The notes: generated by a model not told the origin, from the letters alone. Counted from the first letter of the stretch, positions 1 to 9,004 are shown. The stretch: DNA of 64,000 nt from Candidatus Saccharimonadales bacterium (GCA_035480715.1 DATIHL010000015.1:72384-136383), one strand, 5' to 3'. Translations and numbers: made by a program.

Positions 1-320
1 AAAAATCGCTTATCCCTATGTTTCTTGAGCCAAGGCAAATAGCTGACTGCGTAATCGTCGATGCGCAGTTTTTCTTGCTCTTGGAGCTGCATTATGGCAG
101 TTGCCGTAAATGTCTTGGAGTGCGACGCGATGCGGAACAAATGATCCGGGGTCATCTTTTGCTTCTTCTCAAGATCGGCATAGCCATGGGCTTCTAGAAA
201 AATAATCTTGCCATCACGAGCAACGGCAACAACCAGTCCAGGGATGTCGTTCTTCTGCTCGTAAATCAAACGGAGCCATTGGCTTAAATATCCGTACGGC
301 TCCCAGTCTGTCTTAGTCAT
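1..320 (-). CDS. serine hydrolase / beta-lactamase-family protein, N-terminal part only (gene runs off the left edge)
   Basis: Absent from the ORF track because it is truncated. Reverse translation from ATG 320-318 gives MTKTDWEPYGYLSQWLRLIYEQKNDIPGLVVAVARDGKIIFLEAHGYADLEKKQKMTPDHLFRIASHSKTFTATAIMQLQEQEKLRI, with the S-x-x-K motif (SHSK) of class C beta-lactamase/PBP-like hydrolases. Confidence 0.7.
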   Translation of the reverse strand, partial: MTKTDWEPYGYLSQWLRLIYEQKNDIPGLVVAVARDGKIIFLEAHGYADLEKKQKMTPDHLFRIASHSKTFTATAIMQLQEQEKLRIDDYAVSYLPWLKKHRDKRF

Positions 321-355
321 AGATATATTATTTCACAATTTACTAAAATGTAAAT

Positions 356-380
356 TGCTTAACTTGTTAAGTATTCCCTG
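356..380. repeat. P palindrome copy 1 (TGCTTAAC-TT-GTTAAGTA plus TTCCCTG tail)
   Basis: Read directly; one mismatch to the consensus TACTTAAC-NN-GTTAAGTA. Lies 11 nt downstream of the stop of 391..825 and ~36 nt upstream of the ATG at 320 (minus-strand genes). Confidence 0.7.
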
Positions 381-390
381 TGGGTTCGTG

Positions 391-825
391 TTATTCTCCG
401 TGAACCGCTGCCAACCCCTCCAGCTGACTACGAATTTCGTCAACTCGAGCAAATGTCATGAAATGTACATCCGAAAGCTCATACCCGACTGGCATTACTG
501 GAACTTGATCGCCGTCGCCGTATAGCGGCTCGGTAGAATTAAGGTAAATAACGCCTTCCTTTGATAACGCCATGGACTCGACTCCCGCTGGCTCGCAACC
601 GTGCAAATCCCAGCCCTCGACATATTCTATGACCCGTTCTCGTTTACGGAATATACTTCGGCGTACTTCTTTTTCTAAGCCAACAAGGCAATCAGTCGGC
701 ACTCTTCTACCACCTAGCCTCATAGCCAAGTCAGTGGCGTCCAATAAAAGTTCGGTGATTGCCTCGTCATTTTCTAACACATACTCGATGCCGTTCGGCG
801 CTTCGTAATCCCCGCTCGCACTCAT
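391..825 (-). CDS. hypothetical protein (144 aa, acidic, no recognisable motif)
   Basis: ORF track. The ATG at 825 is preceded by AGGAGG 6 nt upstream (taggaggaattttATG). Confidence 0.6.
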   Translation of the reverse strand: MSASGDYEAPNGIEYVLENDEAITELLLDATDLAMRLGGRRVPTDCLVGLEKEVRRSIFRKRERVIEYVEGWDLHGCEPAGVESMALSKEGVIYLNSTEPLYGDGDQVPVMPVGYELSDVHFMTFARVDEIRSQLEGLAAVHGE

Positions 826-835
826 AAAATTCCTC

Positions 836-2131
836 CTAACTCAATCTCTTAGAGATTTCGTTGACTTTAACACGCTCTTGTTGAGTAGTATCCCTACTCC
901 TTAGTGTCAAAGTATCGTCCTCTAGAGAATCAAAGTCAACAGTCAGACACCATGGAGTGCCGATTTCGTCTTGGCGACGGTACCGTTTGCCAATATTGCC
1001 GTTGTCGTCGAACATAACTGCTCCAATTTCATCTTTGAGCATTTTGTAAACTTCTTTGGCTTTGGCGACCAGCTCAGGTTTGTTTTTGAGTAGTGGAAAT
1101 ACGGCGACTTTAACCGGCGCAATTTCTGCCGGCAGTTTTAGGAAAACACGCTTTTCCCCTACCTGCTCGTCTTCCGAATACGCTGAAATAAGTAGTGCCA
1201 GCACTAAGCGCTCTACGCCAAATGAAGGCTCGATAACATGCGGAAGGAACGGTGAGCTACCATCTTTGGGCCGGTACTGTAAATCCTTGCCTGAGGCTTC
1301 TTGGTGATTCTTGAGGTCGTAGTCGCCTCGATAAGCCAGACCGGCTAGCTCGTCAGTTTTAAATGGAAAATCGAACTGAAAATCTATGGTGCGTTTAGAG
1401 TAATGTGCTCGATCCTCCTCTGGAACTTCTAGTTCGTGGATATTATTTTCCGGTAGCCCAACTTTTTTGAAGAAGTCCATCATACTGAGGCGCCATTGCT
1501 CAAATGCTTCCTCCCATTTATCAGATTGAACAAAATACTCGATTTCCATCTGCTCCATTTCGCGCAGACGGAATAAAAAGTCTCGGGGGCTAATTTCGTT
1601 ACGAAAAGCTTTGCCGATTTGCGCCAAGCCAAAAGGCATATCGGGCTGAACGGTATCCAAAATGTTTTTGAAGTTAACAAACATACCTTGTGCAGTTTCC
1701 GGACGCAAGTAGCTAATACTATCTTTATCCTCAGTGGGGCCAGTATTTGTCTTGAACATCATATTAAACTGTTTAGGCTCACCTAGTGTGTCTTCCTTGC
1801 CGCATACAGGACACTTATTCCCATCTATATGATCCTGACGCAAACGTGAATGACAATTACTACACTCAACCATTGGGTCGTTAAAGCCGGTAGCGTGGCC
1901 GCTAGCCTCCCAGACCTTTTTGTTCATTAAAATAGCAGCATCCATCGGATACATATCATCCCGGCTAGTTACAAAGGAGTTCCACCAAAGGTTTTGGATG
2001 TTGTGCTTAAGCGCTATGCCTAGCGGGCCGTAATCATAAACACCAGCCAAACCACCATAAATTTCGGAACTAGGAAAAATAAATCCCCGCCGTTTAGCCA
2101 AGCTAACAATATCTTCCAAAGAAACACCCAT
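836..2131 (-). CDS. glyQS: glycine--tRNA ligase (homodimeric class II type)
   Basis: 431 aa. The N-terminus LAKRRGFIFPSSEIYGGLAGVYDYGPLG and the overall layout are typical of alpha2 GlyRS. Confidence 0.93.
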   Translation of the reverse strand: MGVSLEDIVSLAKRRGFIFPSSEIYGGLAGVYDYGPLGIALKHNIQNLWWNSFVTSRDDMYPMDAAILMNKKVWEASGHATGFNDPMVECSNCHSRLRQDHIDGNKCPVCGKEDTLGEPKQFNMMFKTNTGPTEDKDSISYLRPETAQGMFVNFKNILDTVQPDMPFGLAQIGKAFRNEISPRDFLFRLREMEQMEIEYFVQSDKWEEAFEQWRLSMMDFFKKVGLPENNIHELEVPEEDRAHYSKRTIDFQFDFPFKTDELAGLAYRGDYDLKNHQEASGKDLQYRPKDGSSPFLPHVIEPSFGVERLVLALLISAYSEDEQVGEKRVFLKLPAEIAPVKVAVFPLLKNKPELVAKAKEVYKMLKDEIGAVMFDDNGNIGKRYRRQDEIGTPWCLTVDFDSLEDDTLTLRSRDTTQQERVKVNEISKRLS

Positions 2132-2154
2132 CTTAAGCAGGAATTATAGACGCT

Positions 2155-2817
2155 TTAACGAGTTTCGGCTACTTCTACGCGCGCCGGTTGGCGCAGGATT
2201 TGGATAAATTTATATTGATATTTACCAGAGCGAGCTTTAATTATCTGCTGAGCCACCCATCCTTTATCAAGCATTTGGTCTAAATCGTCACGCTTTACTC
2301 CATCCCAAAATGCAGTCCGCATGCCGGACGGTGCTGCAACTAATACTTTGGCTATGCGACCATCTTCCGCCAAGCCGTTACTCAATTGGCCAGCGCCAGC
2401 TTTAATAAAATTATAAATGGGTTCCAGTTTGCGCGGCGTCCACTGCGATGTTGAGGTAACGGTAACAAGTTCATCCAGGTGATTCTGTTTTATCAGGAGC
2501 GATCTTACAAAATAAATTAGTCCCCTCCCACCAACATCCAGCATATCTTCTATTTGCTGCGTAGATAAATCAGTGACAGTACCATCCTGATAAAAACCGG
2601 CAGCGTATACTAAAACATTAACTTTTGGCAAACCCTTAATAAACCTTTCTATTTTTGTAGGCAAGTCGTTTTGGGTTAGATCAAACTTTCTAAATTCAGC
2701 AAAATTAACCTTTGGGTCGTTTCTGCCCGTGATAATTACTTCATCGCCTTTATTGCTAAACTCCTTAGACAAGGCTAGACCTAAGCCCGAACTGCCACCT
2801 ATAATCAAGACTTTCAT
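2155..2817 (-). CDS. SDR-family oxidoreductase
   Basis: 220 aa. N-terminal Rossmann motif MKVLIIGGSSGLGLALS. Confidence 0.75.
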   Translation of the reverse strand: MKVLIIGGSSGLGLALSKEFSNKGDEVIITGRNDPKVNFAEFRKFDLTQNDLPTKIERFIKGLPKVNVLVYAAGFYQDGTVTDLSTQQIEDMLDVGGRGLIYFVRSLLIKQNHLDELVTVTSTSQWTPRKLEPIYNFIKAGAGQLSNGLAEDGRIAKVLVAAPSGMRTAFWDGVKRDDLDQMLDKGWVAQQIIKARSGKYQYKFIQILRQPARVEVAETR

Positions 2818-2828
2818 ATCAAGAGAAA

Positions 2829-3521
2829 TTATATCCGAACGTAGGTTTTGAGGATAGTATCGATTAGAGCTTGACAGTCATTAATAAGATTTAGAGCGCC
2901 TTCAATCCGTTGAAGGGCTTTGGGAGCATTATTGCCAAAACCCAAGCGCAGGAATTTTATGTGATTGACATTGAATTCACCCTGCTCTTTTGGAGCGAAT
3001 TTCATTTTATCAAAATCGAAGCTGTAAGTTTTGGACTGTGCTAGTTTTTTGCCGGACTCATCACTATGCAAATTAGGTGCGTGACCAGCGAGCTTCAAAA
3101 GTTGCATCCTAAACCATAGCTTAGTAAGCTCGGGTGAAATTTCGGAATCGTCAAGTGCGCCTAGAGCTCGATCTAAGAGATTAAAATAGGCTTCTTCTGG
3201 CTGATCTTCGGTAGCCTTATTTAAAATTTTGAGGAAATCATAGCCCTCGTTTGTGCGGTCGATGCTTTTGACAATGTTTCCGTAATGCCGCATTAGTCGC
3301 GCGGAAATAAGCGTATTAATTTCACCACGTCCAACAATGACGGTTAGATCACTGACGCTGAAAAGTTCAATACTACCAGCCAGTTTGGCCTTGGATTTTC
3401 GCACACCTTTGGCAATAGCCTTAATTTTGCCGTGGTCTTTGGTTAGGAAAGTTAATATCCGATCGGCTTCGCCGTAATCTGTACGGGTGAGTACAATACC
3501 TTGCGTTGCGTATTGCTTCAT
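2829..3521 (-). CDS. recO: DNA repair protein RecO
   Basis: 230 aa. OB-fold N-terminus GIVLTRTDYGEADRILTFLTKDHGKIKAIAKGVRKSK is RecO-like. The start overlaps the upstream gene by 4 nt. Confidence 0.85.
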   Translation of the reverse strand: MKQYATQGIVLTRTDYGEADRILTFLTKDHGKIKAIAKGVRKSKAKLAGSIELFSVSDLTVIVGRGEINTLISARLMRHYGNIVKSIDRTNEGYDFLKILNKATEDQPEEAYFNLLDRALGALDDSEISPELTKLWFRMQLLKLAGHAPNLHSDESGKKLAQSKTYSFDFDKMKFAPKEQGEFNVNHIKFLRLGFGNNAPKALQRIEGALNLINDCQALIDTILKTYVRI

Positions 3522-3904
3522 GCTTTAGCCGGCTGCAAAACCCTATCAACAGTTTGAGTAAGCTTTGAAAGTGGCGTGTTGGATTTGTAGTGATAGTCGG
3601 TAATGTTCAGATGCTCGAAACCATCCAAAGTGCCCTTAAGTTCCTCCGGCGACAGGCTGCTGAACAGAATTATTGGAACGTTTTGCCAATCGGGGTAACT
3701 GCGAAATTCGTATAGAAATTCCACGCCTCCCCTGCCCGCCAAAACTAGATCAAGAATTATTATATCCGGTAGCCTTGTATCGGCACTATCAAGGGCTACC
3801 TGCGGATTGACTTGCCAATCAACATCATGTCCACGTTTTTTTAAAAATTTGGCAATATTTGCGGCCAGAATTTTATCTGACTCGATTAATAGGATTTGAG
3901 CCAT
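3518..3904 (-). CDS. stand-alone response-regulator receiver domain protein
   Basis: 128 aa. Acidic pocket (IESD), phospho-acceptor Asp in IIILDLVL, ILFSS and a conserved Lys region are present; there is no output domain. Confidence 0.85.
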   Translation of the reverse strand: MAQILLIESDKILAANIAKFLKKRGHDVDWQVNPQVALDSADTRLPDIIILDLVLAGRGGVEFLYEFRSYPDWQNVPIILFSSLSPEELKGTLDGFEHLNITDYHYKSNTPLSKLTQTVDRVLQPAKA

Positions 3905-4654
3905 TTAAACAAACTGTAATTGCTTGCTGACAGGAATAGCTGTAGCGATGCCATGCAGGCCACCATGTGCTGCCGCGCGTAGCGGCTGCCACATGGAGCT
4001 GCAAAGCATGTCGGCAATTAAAACACCACTAGCTGCTCCGGCGGGCATTGACGGCAATGGTTGGCGGGCCCGACCGACCAATAAGCGGGCGTTGCGTAGC
4101 GTCTTATCGCTTAAGCCCTCTATACTACTGAAAACTCCGGTAGATATAACGCTCTCGGAGCTGCGATGTGCCCCCAAAAGCAGTTTGTAACGTTTCTGCT
4201 GGACTTGTGCGGCCTGAGCTCTTATTAGACTGGCGGAGAGTATTTGGATTGCCGTTTGCAGGCTGGCTTGATGAGTTAGAACGGGAGTTAGTCTGCCCGA
4301 AACATCGACTTGCAAATCAGTGGCATATTTTTTAGCGTACGGCGTAAGTTCGTGGGCGACGTCCTGTAAAACAGCGCCGATGGCCACTGGCTCGAAGGTC
4401 ATAGAATCAACATCAGAATTGATCCTAAGGGTTAGTTTGTAGGCCTCGATAAGGTGGAGTCCATTTTCGATACTTAAGATGATCTGCTCTTTTGACGAGA
4501 GGGTACTCTTTTTACTGAAATTATCTTCGTCAAGAACTTCGAGGCTCGACTTAATTTGCAAAAAAGGTAACGCTAAATCATCACTGAGCGCGGCGAGCAA
4601 CGCCTTCATTGGATTCAGCTTATCGACGTCAGTGCCGACTACTCTTCTCCTCAT
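3905..4654 (-). CDS. histidine-kinase-like protein with degenerate catalytic motifs (H-box His replaced by Asp)
   Basis: 249 aa. ALSDDLALPF aligns with the HisKA H-box xSHELRTPL with D in place of H. The downstream CA-like region (IQILSASLIRAQ, GAASGVLIA) lacks canonical N and G boxes. Abuts the receiver gene with no gap. Confidence 0.5.
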   Translation of the reverse strand: MRRRVVGTDVDKLNPMKALLAALSDDLALPFLQIKSSLEVLDEDNFSKKSTLSSKEQIILSIENGLHLIEAYKLTLRINSDVDSMTFEPVAIGAVLQDVAHELTPYAKKYATDLQVDVSGRLTPVLTHQASLQTAIQILSASLIRAQAAQVQQKRYKLLLGAHRSSESVISTGVFSSIEGLSDKTLRNARLLVGRARQPLPSMPAGAASGVLIADMLCSSMWQPLRAAAHGGLHGIATAIPVSKQLQFV

Positions 4655-4735
4655 ACCCCTTGCAAACTATTAAATATAGACTAAGTATAGCATTCTGAGC
4701 TGATGTCTAACCACATCGACGCGCAGTAATTAATG

Positions 4736-5428
4736 TTATGGAACAAATGTTAGAGTAGCTAAAATTGTATTATTAAAATCAGACAAAAAACTGGGGGATT
4801 CTGTGTAAATTTTGAGGGTTTTATCACGAACCTTGATTATGATCATAGAGCCCTGTATAAGTAACGCGCTGTTTTGCCCAATTGCACCGTCAAGTCGAGT
4901 ACCAGTTTGTACATTTGGTATCTGAGTCATTAGTGGTGGTACATAAGGACTGGCTGTGGCGGTACCTTTTTTGATAAAACTGTCAAATTGCTTAAGAACC
5001 TGCGCGTAGGAAAGTCCGATTAGATCTACTCGCAAAGCATATTGCGGTATGACTCCATTTAGCGCCGTTGGGCTAGGTACTGTATCTGGGTAAAAGAGGG
5101 ATTTTAAAGGATCGGTAGGATTAGTTTGATCAACATAAGCACTCCAGGTTTTGGGATAATTGAAAGTCACCGAGCCAAATGTAGCTGGGCCCTTAAATGC
5201 CTTATTAGGCAGTTTTTCTTTTTCGGCAAAAACACCACTGTCTCTGGCTACTTGAACCTGCTGCGCCTTAACGACCGCAGCAGCTACTTTTTTATCAGAT
5301 CGATTTTTGTAATCTTGCTGCTGCTGATACGCCCAATAACCAAAAGTCGCAGCCGCCACAAATGCAATGGCTAGAACGATGACTGCTGCAATTAAAACTA
5401 CTCCACCTTTTTGGTCGTTGTTTTTCAT
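4736..5428 (-). CDS. membrane-anchored hypothetical protein
   Basis: 230 aa. N-terminal TM helix GGVVLIAAVIVLAIAFVAAATFGYWAY followed by an extracytoplasmic domain. Confidence 0.6.
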   Translation of the reverse strand: MKNNDQKGGVVLIAAVIVLAIAFVAAATFGYWAYQQQQDYKNRSDKKVAAAVVKAQQVQVARDSGVFAEKEKLPNKAFKGPATFGSVTFNYPKTWSAYVDQTNPTDPLKSLFYPDTVPSPTALNGVIPQYALRVDLIGLSYAQVLKQFDSFIKKGTATASPYVPPLMTQIPNVQTGTRLDGAIGQNSALLIQGSMIIIKVRDKTLKIYTESPSFLSDFNNTILATLTFVP

Positions 5429-5485
5429 TTATATGCTTATGGTAAACCACTTCCCCTGTCAGAAGCAAGTAGCGTAACTTTTATT

Positions 5486-5806
5486 TTAGTCGGTTTTATC
5501 TAATTCTTGCTTAAGAACGGTAATACTTGCTTGATCTTCAGCAACATCATCAATAGCTTCTCGGACATCTTTGATAGAATTTTTTATTGAAAGCAGTCCT
5601 AGCCCGCCGGCGAGGACTCCAGGAATAATAATTCGAAGATCAGAAAATATTATTCCCTCTACAGTACCTAGACCCCCTGCGCCCGTCATTATACCGCCCC
5701 ATATACCTTGCTTTAATGAAATTAGTACACTTTTTTCATTAAAGTCCAAGGATTGCACATGGTGTTCTAGGCTTCTCTCCACATCTCTTTGGGATACTTC
5801 ACTCAT
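5486..5806 (-). CDS. hypothetical small membrane protein (Gly-rich hydrophobic core)
   Basis: 106 aa. Central segment GIWGGIMTGAGGLGTVEGIIF...IIIPGVLAGGLGLL. Confidence 0.5.
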   Translation of the reverse strand: MSEVSQRDVERSLEHHVQSLDFNEKSVLISLKQGIWGGIMTGAGGLGTVEGIIFSDLRIIIPGVLAGGLGLLSIKNSIKDVREAIDDVAEDQASITVLKQELDKTD

Positions 5807-5849
5807 GTTAAAAGCTTACTTCAATATAATTGCAGCGCAAGCATGATTA

Positions 5850-6353
5850 TTATTGATATTTATATAGAAACAAAGCGCCGCTTTTCTTGACTGGTTTTTT
5901 GCCGGGGATTTTGAAGGCATGGCTGACTAATTTTATTTGATGATCTTTTGAATATTTGAGTAGCAATTTATCGAGACGGACCATGTAGTGTGTGATTAAA
6001 AAAACGAATACGCCGTCCGCCTGAGACAAATCGGCGCGCCAAAAATTACCAATTTTAATCTTCACTTGTCCGCCGTAGCGCCTTGTTCGAAGCCAGGCAT
6101 AGGCTGCTAAAAATGGGTTGAGCTCGTACCCAATTGCTTGCAGACCCCGTCCGGCTGCCAAAACCAGCAGCCGCCCATCGCCACAACCCAGATCAACGAA
6201 AGTCTGCCCGGGTTTAAGGTCTATTAAATCCAGTGCTTCGCTACTTTGATTTTTGAGCGTCGGAAGGTATGGGGCGCCGAATGGTAAAACTGCGGCGTAG
6301 ACCAGTACTAAAATCACACCGATTACCCAAACAACCCAAAAAACCCACCACAT
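5850..6353 (-). CDS. class I SAM-dependent methyltransferase with N-terminal TM anchor
   Basis: 167 aa. SAM-binding motif VDLGCGDGRLLVLAA. N-terminal hydrophobic segment MWWVFWVVWVIGVILVLVYAAVL. Confidence 0.72.
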   Translation of the reverse strand: MWWVFWVVWVIGVILVLVYAAVLPFGAPYLPTLKNQSSEALDLIDLKPGQTFVDLGCGDGRLLVLAAGRGLQAIGYELNPFLAAYAWLRTRRYGGQVKIKIGNFWRADLSQADGVFVFLITHYMVRLDKLLLKYSKDHQIKLVSHAFKIPGKKPVKKSGALFLYKYQ

Positions 6354-6356
6354 GGC

Positions 6357-7409
6357 CTATGTACCTCTTGAACGGTTGTGCAACGCCTTTTGGTAAAAGA
6401 AATAACCCGGGGTAAGTTGGATAAACATATTAATTACACGGTACATGAGTGTAACCGGTATACTCACCTCGGCAGGAATACCGGTGGCCACTAAAACAGC
6501 CGTCATCAGACCTTCATATATACCAATGCCGGCCGGCAACACGGAAACCAAACCAGCAACATTAGCTACACAATAAGCCAATATTACTGCTCCGATATTC
6601 ACCAAACGGCCGAAAGCTATGTAGACAGCATAAATTGCAGCAATCTCCGTGATGTTAGCGATCAGCATATATAAAAATGGCATCTTCAGTTCCCGCCAGC
6701 GATTTTTCAGAATCTGATAATTATCATGGAGTTCACTAAAGACTTTTTGAGCATTATCGATCTGAAACGTCTCGGGATGCTTGGGTCTTACTAGATGAAT
6801 AGTTTTATTCAACAGCCTAGTTATAAACGTTAAGAAAGTATTTATCCGGCTGCGGCTCTCGATTATATAAATCACAATAAATGTGCCAACAATCAGCAAA
6901 GTCACGATAGAGCTGGCAACTGCGATAATTAAGTTGTTGGTATGACCACGTAGTGCCAAAAAGAAAACGCCTAGAACCAGTAACGGTTGGAAGCTGAGGT
7001 AGAGCAGAAAAAGTTTCATTACCTGCGCCAAAGTTGATTTAGCGCCGCTAACTCCTAAAGACCGCATCCGTAAGGCAAAGTAAGATATACCGCTGACTCC
7101 CCCGCTCGGCAGGATATGATTGACAAAATTTAATTCCAAAGTTAAGCGAAACATCGGCCAATAAGCTACCTTCTCTTCCAATATGGCAAAGAAGTGGCGA
7201 TACAAGCGCGCATAGGAATCGTAGTTGAGTACTTCCAGCGGAATTATCAACAGCAGAGCCGCGGTATTCACGCGACCCAGATTTTTAATAACATCAACGA
7301 TTTGACGGCGCAGCGTATAGACAAGAATGGCTAGAGCTACGAACGATACAATAGTCAGAATCAGCTTCCAGCGCGACTGTCTGAGGATTTGGTCGGTAGC
7401 TTCCATCAA
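6357..7409 (-). CDS. flippase-like / lysylphosphatidylglycerol-synthase TM-region family (UPF0104-like) membrane protein
   Basis: 350 aa, polytopic. C-terminal LPAGIGIYEGLMTAVL motif typical of the family. TTG 7409 or ATG 7406 could be the start. Confidence 0.65.
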   Translation of the reverse strand: MMEATDQILRQSRWKLILTIVSFVALAILVYTLRRQIVDVIKNLGRVNTAALLLIIPLEVLNYDSYARLYRHFFAILEEKVAYWPMFRLTLELNFVNHILPSGGVSGISYFALRMRSLGVSGAKSTLAQVMKLFLLYLSFQPLLVLGVFFLALRGHTNNLIIAVASSIVTLLIVGTFIVIYIIESRSRINTFLTFITRLLNKTIHLVRPKHPETFQIDNAQKVFSELHDNYQILKNRWRELKMPFLYMLIANITEIAAIYAVYIAFGRLVNIGAVILAYCVANVAGLVSVLPAGIGIYEGLMTAVLVATGIPAEVSIPVTLMYRVINMFIQLTPGYFFYQKALHNRSRGT

Positions 7410-7410
7410 T

Positions 7411-7484
7411 ATGAGAAACCCCTTCGCGGTTTCTCATCGCGCCGGGCAAAAAGTGTGATTTTTGCTCGGGCTGCTCTTCCGGAT
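7411..7484 (+). ncRNA. structured element family X, copy 1 (function unknown)
   Basis: Near-identical flanks to 32177-32241 (CCCCTTCGCGGTTTC.CATCGCGCCGG ... TCGGGCTGCTCTTCCGGAT) around a hairpin with conserved stem and divergent loop. The stem is fully paired only on the plus strand (G.U); the minus strand would have A.C mismatches. Confidence 0.4.
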
Positions 7485-7525
7485 AAATTAGCCATACATC
7501 AATATCATATTACAATTAGTGGAGC

Positions 7526-8722
7526 ATGAGTGAGTTTGAGGCAAAAAGTATGTGTATTTTAGGACGCCAGCCGGCGCTTGGTTTATCAGAACTTGAAAGT
7601 TTGTATGGCGCTGAGCATATTCGACCAATTGCAGGCGCTGCTTTGCTGGATATTGATGCCGTCGATATCAATTTTAAACGGCTGGGTGGCACTATAAAAG
7701 TTGCTCGTTTGCTGAGCGTGCTTCCGACTACCAAATGGTCGCAGTTGCTCGATTATCTGAAAAAGACTATCCCTCAACATCTTCAACATGTGTCCGAAGG
7801 ACCATTTACTTTGGGCTTGAGCTTGTATGGCCTGTCAGTCCCGATAAACGAGATTAATAAAGGAACTCTGACAATCAAAAGAGCCGTGAAGCCAACGGGG
7901 CGAAATATACGAGTAGTGCCTAATAAAAATGCCGAGCTCAACGCGGCGCAGGTCTTGCATAATAAACTAACGCATAAAGGGGCTTGGGAGCTGCTTTTAA
8001 TCCGTGATGGCTCGCAAACCTACCTAGCCCAAACGCTCTTTGTACAGGATATCGAAGCTTATGCCGCCCGCGATCAAGCCCGGCCCAAGCGCGACGCCCG
8101 GATTGGTATGTTGCCGCCAAAACTAGGCCAGATAATTATTAACTTGGCTGTCGGGCATATTAAAAGCCAAGATAGTTCCAGGGTGCGGATTCTTGATCCT
8201 TTTTGTGGCACGGGAGTAGTTTTGCAGGAAGCATTGCTGATGGGTTATAGCGTGCTCGGTACTGATTCCAATGAACGCCTGATCGAATACTCAAAGACTA
8301 ATATTCGGTGGTTAGTGCAAAAATATCCGAACTTGAGTGGGCACGTCTCTATCGAAATCGGAGACGCTACGGATTTTAAGTGGCCGCGTTTTTCAGCTGT
8401 CGCCAGTGAGGTTTATCTAGGCCGGCCACTCAATAACCTGCCCGATCAAGCCGAACTTAAGAAAATAATTAATGATGTAAATACAATTACTAAAAAATTC
8501 TTGCTGAACCTAGCACCCCAACTAAAAAAAGGCCAAAAAGTATCCCTAGCTGTCCCGGCTTGGAAAACCAAAACCGGATTTAAGTATTTACCCCTTATTG
8601 ACCATTTAACAGATATGGGATATAATCGTGTGCAGTTTCAGCATGTTCGCCGTGAGGATTTAATCTACTTTCGCGAAGATCAAATTGTCGCCCGCGAGCT
8701 GCTAGTTTTAGAAAAGAATTGA
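7526..8722 (+). CDS. SAM-dependent RNA/DNA methyltransferase (UPF0020/Trm11-like catalytic domain)
   Basis: 398 aa. ILDPFCGTGVVLQEALLMGYSVLGTD motif I. GTGGAG SD precedes the ATG. Confidence 0.65.
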   Translation: MSEFEAKSMCILGRQPALGLSELESLYGAEHIRPIAGAALLDIDAVDINFKRLGGTIKVARLLSVLPTTKWSQLLDYLKKTIPQHLQHVSEGPFTLGLSLYGLSVPINEINKGTLTIKRAVKPTGRNIRVVPNKNAELNAAQVLHNKLTHKGAWELLLIRDGSQTYLAQTLFVQDIEAYAARDQARPKRDARIGMLPPKLGQIIINLAVGHIKSQDSSRVRILDPFCGTGVVLQEALLMGYSVLGTDSNERLIEYSKTNIRWLVQKYPNLSGHVSIEIGDATDFKWPRFSAVASEVYLGRPLNNLPDQAELKKIINDVNTITKKFLLNLAPQLKKGQKVSLAVPAWKTKTGFKYLPLIDHLTDMGYNRVQFQHVRREDLIYFREDQIVARELLVLEKN

Positions 8723-8731
8723 GGAAGCACT

Positions 8732-9004
8732 ATGTCCAAGACTAAAGCAGGTGGTACCAGTAAGAATATTCACGACAGCCCCGGCCAGAGGCTTGGACTT
8801 AAAGTATTTGGCGGGCAGAGCGTCAAAACCGGTGATGTTTTAGTGCGACAAGTCGGGCTAACTAAGCGTTCAGGCAATGGTACATTTTTATCAAGAAATT
8901 TCACCATTCATGCAGCTAAAGACGGCGTAGTCAAGTTCAACAAACGACGCGTTAAGCGTTTTAGTGGACGCAGCGTTCCCCGAACCGAAGTTATCGTTGA
9001 GTAA
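8732..9004 (+). CDS. rpmA: 50S ribosomal protein L27
   Basis: 90 aa. KAGGTSKNIHDSPGQRLGLKVFGGQSVKTGDVLVRQ matches the L27 signature. Confidence 0.92.
   Translation: MSKTKAGGTSKNIHDSPGQRLGLKVFGGQSVKTGDVLVRQVGLTKRSGNGTFLSRNFTIHAAKDGVVKFNKRRVKRFSGRSVPRTEVIVE

Noticed and set aside
7411-7484. On the minus strand the X element reads ATCCGGAAGAGCAGCC and ACCGCGAAGGGG, which resemble SRP RNA domain IV (GGAAGCAGCC) and the glycine-riboswitch core (CACCGAAGGGGCAA)
   Set aside because: Two copies exist. The GNRA-hairpin pairing of SRP helix 8 cannot be drawn, and the remaining glycine-aptamer elements (P3, CUCAGGCAAAAGGAC) are missing. G.U evidence also favours the plus strand. I treat the resemblance as coincidental.
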